Of a stretch of DNA of 61,828 bases, positions 57,431-61,828 are shown in pieces (the first letter of the stretch is position 1; each line of letters begins with the position of its first letter). This DNA comes from Polaromonas sp. Its GTDB lineage: Bacteria; Pseudomonadota; Gammaproteobacteria; Burkholderiales; Burkholderiaceae_C. A program made the translations under genes and the position numbers. A model generated the notes under the pieces. The model saw nothing but the letters and a program-made list of their open reading frames with translations, ran no database searches and was not told the DNA's origin. The stretch is taken from NCBI GenBank assembly GCA_031390045.1, contig JANMTB010000106.1, forward strand, positions 1 through 61,828, written 5' to 3'.

Positions 57431-59035
57431 ATGAAGCCCATTTGGATCGTAGATGATGACCAATCCATCCGCTTCGTTTTAGAAAAAGCACTGCTGCGCG
57501 AAAGCCTGCCCACGCGCAGTTTTACCAACCCGCGCGATGTGCTCACCGCACTCGCAGAGCTTGAAGTTGGCAGTGACCAAAATTCCGAGTTGGGGCCGCA
57601 AATTTTGGTCAGCGACATCCGCATGCCCGGTGGCTCGGGCTTGGATTTGCTTGAAAAAGTCAAACAAAAATTCCCCGGTTTGCCCGTCATAATCATGACG
57701 GCGTATTCTGACTTGGACAGTGCCGTGTCTGCCTTCCAAGGTGGCGCGTTTGAGTATTTGCCCAAACCGTTTGATGTGCCCAAAGCCGTGGAGCTGATTC
57801 GCCGCGCGGTGGACGAAAGCCTGCGTGAAGAGGTGGCTGAAGAGCGCATGGTGGCAGCGCCCGAAATGTTGGGCCAAGCGCCTGCCATGCAGGACGTCTT
57901 TCGCGCTATCGGCAAATTGAGTCAAAGCAATGTCACAGTGATGATCACCGGCGAAAGCGGCACCGGTAAAGAGCTGGTTGCCCGCGCTTTGCACAAACAT
58001 TCGCCACGCGGTGATGTGACGAAATCTGCGGCTAAAACGGGCTCAAATTTGCTGCCAACACTGACCCGCGAAGGCCCGTTTGTCGCCATCAACACCGCAG
58101 CCATCCCCAAAGATTTGTTGGAGAGCGAGCTTTTTGGCCACGAGCGCGGCGCTTTCACAGGCGCGCACACCATGCGCCGTGGCCGCTTTGAGCAGGCCGA
58201 TGGCGGCACCCTGTTTTTAGACGAAATTGGCGACATGCCGTTTGATTTACAAACACGGCTGCTTCGGGTGCTCAGTGACGGTCATTTCTACCGTGTCGGT
58301 GGCCACACAGCGATCAAAACCAATGTTCGCGTCATCGCCGCGACGCATCAAGACCTGGAGCAGCGCGTCAAAGAGGGCGGTTTTAGGGAAGACTTGTTCC
58401 ACCGCTTGAACGTCATTCGCCTGCGTCTGCCCGCTTTACACCAGCGTCGTGAAGACATTCCGATGCTGTCTAAGCACTTTCTCATACAAAGCGCCAAACA
58501 GCTAGGCGTCGAGCCTAAGCGTTTTACTGAGGCGGCTTTGGCGCAGTTGGCGGGTTTTAGTTTTCCAGGCAATGTGCGCCAGCTAGAGAATATCTGCCAT
58601 TGGCTCACCGTGATGGCGCCTAGCCAAGTGATCGAGCCCAAAGACTTACCGCCAGAAGTGCAGGGTTCGTCCATGAATGCCTATCACGCAGAAGCGATGT
58701 CACAACTTGCATCGCATCCTGAACCTGAAATAGTCGCTCGACCTGAGTCTGCTGAAGGTATCTCCTACAAAGGTATGCCAGAAGTTCAGCCCGAGCGCGT
58801 AGTGATGTCGAATGACGGCAATTGGGAACTTGGCATGGCCAAAGTCGCTAAAGAGCTATTGGCGACTGAGCGGACTGATGTGTGGGACGAGATGACGCGT
58901 CGCTTTGAATCGCATTTGATTCAAGCTGCTTTGCTAAGCACCAAAGGCCGCCGCGTTGATGCAGCGCATAAATTAGGCATTGGCCGCAACACCATCACGC
59001 GCAAGATTCAAGAATTAGGTTTAGACAAAGAGTAA
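57431..59035 (+). CDS. glnG: nitrogen regulation response regulator NtrC (sigma-54 activator)
   Basis: Receiver domain (VDDDQSIR, SDIRMPG), AAA+ domain (GESGTGKE, GAFTGA, ..FLDEIGDM) and Fis-type HTH (GIGRNTITRKIQEL). Confidence 0.92.
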   Translation: MKPIWIVDDDQSIRFVLEKALLRESLPTRSFTNPRDVLTALAELEVGSDQNSELGPQILVSDIRMPGGSGLDLLEKVKQKFPGLPVIIMTAYSDLDSAVSAFQGGAFEYLPKPFDVPKAVELIRRAVDESLREEVAEERMVAAPEMLGQAPAMQDVFRAIGKLSQSNVTVMITGESGTGKELVARALHKHSPRGDVTKSAAKTGSNLLPTLTREGPFVAINTAAIPKDLLESELFGHERGAFTGAHTMRRGRFEQADGGTLFLDEIGDMPFDLQTRLLRVLSDGHFYRVGGHTAIKTNVRVIAATHQDLEQRVKEGGFREDLFHRLNVIRLRLPALHQRREDIPMLSKHFLIQSAKQLGVEPKRFTEAALAQLAGFSFPGNVRQLENICHWLTVMAPSQVIEPKDLPPEVQGSSMNAYHAEAMSQLASHPEPEIVARPESAEGISYKGMPEVQPERVVMSNDGNWELGMAKVAKELLATERTDVWDEMTRRFESHLIQAALLSTKGRRVDAAHKLGIGRNTITRKIQELGLDKE

Positions 59036-59047
59036 ATAGATAAAAAT

Positions 59048-59098
59048 GGCTATAGCCGGCGTATTTATTGCCTAAGCAGCTATATTATTTATAGCGTT
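59048..59098 (+). repeat. copy M of the dispersed repeat (near-consensus), overlapping the xthA stop codon
   Basis: GGCTATAGCCGGCGTATTTATTGCCTAAGCAGCTAT-ATTATTT-ATAGCGTT. Confidence 0.9.
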
Positions 59099-59871
59099 AC
59101 AACTACCGGCGCGTGGTCACTCGGCCGTTCGTTTTTACGCGGAGCTTTGTCGATGGCGCAGGCGGTCACGAATGCTTTCAAAGCGTTGCTGACCAAGATA
59201 TGGTCAATGCGCATGCCTTTGTTTTTTCTGAAACCAAAATCACGGTAATCCCACCAGCTGTAGCACTTGGCGGGTTGTTCGAACAAGCGGTGCGAATCGG
59301 TCAAACCCAATGCTATCAGAGCGCGCAGTTGGTAGCGTTCTTCTTCGGTACAGTGAATCGTGCCTTCTAAACCGACGGGATCCCACACATCCAAATCATC
59401 AAAAGTGATGTTGTAGTCGCCCATGATGACCAAGTTGGGGTGCGTTGCCAGCTCCTCTTTGAGCCAATCACGCAAACCACGTAGCCAACTCATTTTGTAG
59501 TCAAATTTCTCACTGCCGGGTTCTTGCCCGTTGGGGAAATACGTGCCTATGACGCGGATGCTTCCCAGTTTTTCATCCACGATAGTTGCCGTTATCACCC
59601 GCGCCGAATCATCGGTGAAACCAGGAATATTTTTCACCACATCCGCTACGGGTAGCGCAGCTTTGGTCAACAACGCCACGCCGTTGTAAGTTTTTTGGCC
59701 AAACCATTGCGCGTTGTAGCCCGCTTCAAGAAACGCAGCTGCCGGAAACTTGTCATCCGTCATCTTGGTTTCTTGCAGCGCCAGCACATCCACGGGGTGG
59801 GTGGCCAGCCAGTCCAGCACCTGCGGCAGGCGCACGCTGAGGGAGTTGATGTTCCAGGTCGCAAATTGCAT
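59089..59871 (-). CDS. xthA: exodeoxyribonuclease III
   Basis: MQFATWNINSL start motif, then QETK, and a C-terminal SDHAPV. Start set at the internal Met (59871). Confidence 0.9.
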   Translation of the reverse strand: MQFATWNINSLSVRLPQVLDWLATHPVDVLALQETKMTDDKFPAAAFLEAGYNAQWFGQKTYNGVALLTKAALPVADVVKNIPGFTDDSARVITATIVDEKLGSIRVIGTYFPNGQEPGSEKFDYKMSWLRGLRDWLKEELATHPNLVIMGDYNITFDDLDVWDPVGLEGTIHCTEEERYQLRALIALGLTDSHRLFEQPAKCYSWWDYRDFGFRKNKGMRIDHILVSNALKAFVTACAIDKAPRKNERPSDHAPVVVTL

Positions 59872-59875
59872 GGTA

Positions 59876-60478
59876 TTACTTGTGCAGCATGGCCAACACG
59901 CCAAGCACAAGACCAATGCCCGCAATGCCAAACATCGCGTATTCGAACCATTTTTTTCGGGTCAGCAGCGCAATCGCGGCCATCGCAATCGATACTTGCA
60001 AGACGGTTGTTGCCTGCGCCCAGCGGTGGTGCTGATGCATTTGCTCGTCGCTTCGCTTGTCCCAGTCAGTCGACTCCGCTTCCAGCTTCTCCGCATCCCC
60101 TTTGATCTTGTTTTTTTCGCTCTCGTAGCGTTCAATTTTGGTCTGGTAGCCCGTTTTTTTATCCTCAGGGGCTAAATCTTTCGCCAGTTCGGCCAAAGAC
60201 TGCTTGGTGCTTTTGGCTTGAAAGAAATTCCATTGGTTCGACGCTTCGGTTTTTTTGATCGCCGCATTGTTCTTGAACAGTCCAGCATTGGCTTGCGTCG
60301 TACCCCCCTGGTACGAAAAAATAGCGCCCACGGTGGCAATGATGGCGGTTACGACGGCGATTTGACCGACCATACCGCCTTTGTCGCTGCCACCATGATC
60401 GTCATCATGCCCGCCTTGGGCGGCGTGTTCTAGTTCGTGATCGTGCGGGCCGTGTACGTGAAAACCTTGTCCTGACAT
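59876..60478 (-). CDS. DUF4337 domain membrane protein with a His/Asp-rich N-terminus
   Basis: 200 aa. The NQWNFFQAKS pattern and a C-terminal TM pair are typical of DUF4337. Confidence 0.65.
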   Translation of the reverse strand: MSGQGFHVHGPHDHELEHAAQGGHDDDHGGSDKGGMVGQIAVVTAIIATVGAIFSYQGGTTQANAGLFKNNAAIKKTEASNQWNFFQAKSTKQSLAELAKDLAPEDKKTGYQTKIERYESEKNKIKGDAEKLEAESTDWDKRSDEQMHQHHRWAQATTVLQVSIAMAAIALLTRKKWFEYAMFGIAGIGLVLGVLAMLHK

Positions 60479-60500
60479 GTTTTTTTCCTAGTTGTAAAAA

Positions 60501-61010
60501 TCAAACGCGAGTGTATGTCACAAAGCTGTACTTCAAGCCCGTTGTGCTGGTGTGTTGTTCACGGTTTGTTTCTTTCCAATCAGCATCCAGTATGGGTGCG
60601 TAGGCATCACCCTCAAAGTCACTATCAATTTCGGTGACGACGACTCGCTTTGCGAGGGGCAAGGCTTGCGCATAAATTTGAGCCCCACCAATCACCCAAA
60701 CTTGCTCTGGACTGGGGTCAAGGATGATGCTCATATGCTCACAAATCGATAGCGCCTCAATCATATTATTCGCTGGCAACGCGCCGTCTGCACGCCAATC
60801 GACTTGACGGGTAATTACCACATTGGTTCGCCCGGGAAGCGGCCTAAATTTTGGCGGTATCGAGTCCCATGTTTTTCGCCCCATGACGACGGGGTATCCT
60901 AGCGTCATTCGTTTTAAATGCGCCAAATCCTCTGGCAAATGCCAAGGCATGGTGCCTTTGTTGCCAATGACGCGGTTTCGTGCTTGGGCCCAGATTAAAT
61001 TGATTTGCAT
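60501..61010 (-). CDS. folA: dihydrofolate reductase
   Basis: 169 aa. VIGNKGTMPWHLPEDL, VVMGRKTWDSIP, and GGAQIY. Confidence 0.9.
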   Translation of the reverse strand: MQINLIWAQARNRVIGNKGTMPWHLPEDLAHLKRMTLGYPVVMGRKTWDSIPPKFRPLPGRTNVVITRQVDWRADGALPANNMIEALSICEHMSIILDPSPEQVWVIGGAQIYAQALPLAKRVVVTEIDSDFEGDAYAPILDADWKETNREQHTSTTGLKYSFVTYTRV

Positions 61011-61011
61011 G

Positions 61012-61048
61012 AATAAAGGCTTTAGTTTAATGAACTAAAGCCTTTATT
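61012..61048 (-). terminator. perfect 16-bp stem-loop between the yeaQ-like gene and folA (terminator or attenuator-like)
   Basis: AATAAAGGCTTTAGTT-TAATG-AACTAAAGCCTTTATT. It ends 1 nt from the folA ATG. Confidence 0.6.
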
Positions 61049-61088
61049 TTGCGCATTTAGCGCACGAAGGAAGAAATAAATGAGGTCT

Positions 61089-61355
61089 TTAAATCAAACG
61101 ATTTTTCTTAACTGTAATTAGCGATTCAGCTGCTTTGAAAACCAGCAGAATCACCAACGCACCACCAAGTCCACCTGCAACCATCGCTTCGGTACTCGAT
61201 AAACCGAAAAGCAAGGATATTGTCTTACCTAAGAACAAAGCTCCGGTGATGCCTGCAATGCTATTACCTAGTGCGCCTAAGCTGTAGCCACCGTTTAGCA
61301 ACGATGCGGCTTGACCTGATAAAACACCAATTGTTAGTAAAGTTAGTATATTCAT
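61089..61355 (-). CDS. GlsB/YeaQ/YmgE-family (transglycosylase-associated) small membrane protein
   Basis: 89 aa from the internal Met (MNILTLLTIGVLSG...), Gly-rich TM helices. The upstream extension looks non-coding (AT-rich). Confidence 0.68.
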   Translation of the reverse strand: MNILTLLTIGVLSGQAASLLNGGYSLGALGNSIAGITGALFLGKTISLLFGLSSTEAMVAGGLGGALVILLVFKAAESLITVKKNRLI

Positions 61356-61539
61356 AGTATTATTTTTGAGGTAACTTCGGTATTGAAGTGATGCAAAAGT
61401 ATACATATAAAAATGTGATTTAGTTGGAGAATTCACCGACTTTTACCTTGCGAAACAGTTGATATGTTTTGTTACATTTCTGTAAATTTTGAGCAGTATT
61501 TGCGCACTGGTTGCTTATTTTTAGCTTTATAAGTTTGAC

Positions 61540-61828
61540 TTATATAGCTACTGGCGCTTTGATGGCTGCGTGACTTTCGTAACCGATGATCTCAAAATCT
61601 TCGTAAGCATAGTCAAAAATCGATGCTGGTCGACGTTTTATAACTAGTTTAGGGTACAGGAGTGGCTCGCGGCTAAGTTGCAATTTCACCTGCTCGGCGT
61701 GGTTGCTGTAGATATGGCAGTCGCCACCGGTCCAGATAAAGTCGCCCACATCCAAGTCGCACTGCTGCGCCACCATGTGGGTGAGCAGCGCGTAACTGGC
61801 GATGTTGAAGGGCACGCCCAAGAAAATA
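61540..61828 (-). CDS. thyA: thymidylate synthase, C-terminal part (runs off the window end)
   Basis: [26 protein letters not shown] and a C-terminal ...IKAPVAI. Confidence 0.92.
   Translation of the reverse strand, partial: IFLGVPFNIASYALLTHMVAQQCDLDVGDFIWTGGDCHIYSNHAEQVKLQLSREPLLYPKLVIKRRPASIFDYAYEDFEIIGYESHAAIKAPVAI

Overview
This 61.8 kb window is mostly core chromosome from a betaproteobacterium. Gene order suggests Burkholderiales, possibly Comamonadaceae-like, but that is inference from synteny only. GC is moderate, with sharply AT-rich islands.

Housekeeping content:
- parE, an SLT lytic transglycosylase and parC.
- The minus-strand block gyrA-pheA-tyrA-aroA/cmk-rpsA-ihfB-lapA-lapB-hldA-hldD.
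- OmpA-family genes, ubiG, gph and tmRNA (ssrA).
- glnA, a DUF4124 gene, ntrB and ntrC.
- xthA, folA and a partial thyA.

Accessory or metabolic content:
- An FdrA/DUF1116/DUF2877/carbamate kinase/GGT-like operon with a divergent class V aminotransferase, predicted to catabolise oxalurate and oxamate.
- A light-related cluster with HiPIP, a DCC protein, three different cryptochrome/photolyase-family genes and a small DUF2256 ORF that is absent from the ORF track.
- A TupBC-like ABC pair with no binding-protein gene, next to a GAF-HTH regulator that lacks an AAA+ domain.
- A 5'-truncated, frameshifted patatin pseudogene.

I saw no rRNA, tRNA, CRISPR array, transposase or integrase.

The most unusual signal is a dispersed repeat of about 50 bp that I do not recognise. 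Its consensus is roughly CTATAGCCGGCGTATTTATTGCCTAAGCAGCTAT-N7-ATAGCAAAT. I count about 17 copies in both orientations. About 10 are intergenic. About 7 lie inside ORFs with the reading frame kept open: aroA, an rsuA-like gene, a YVTN propeller gene, a photolyase gene, the SLT gene, and two in a 580-aa hypothetical. This resembles the in-frame Rickettsia palindromic elements.

All calls come from reading the sequence and translations by eye. No searches were run.
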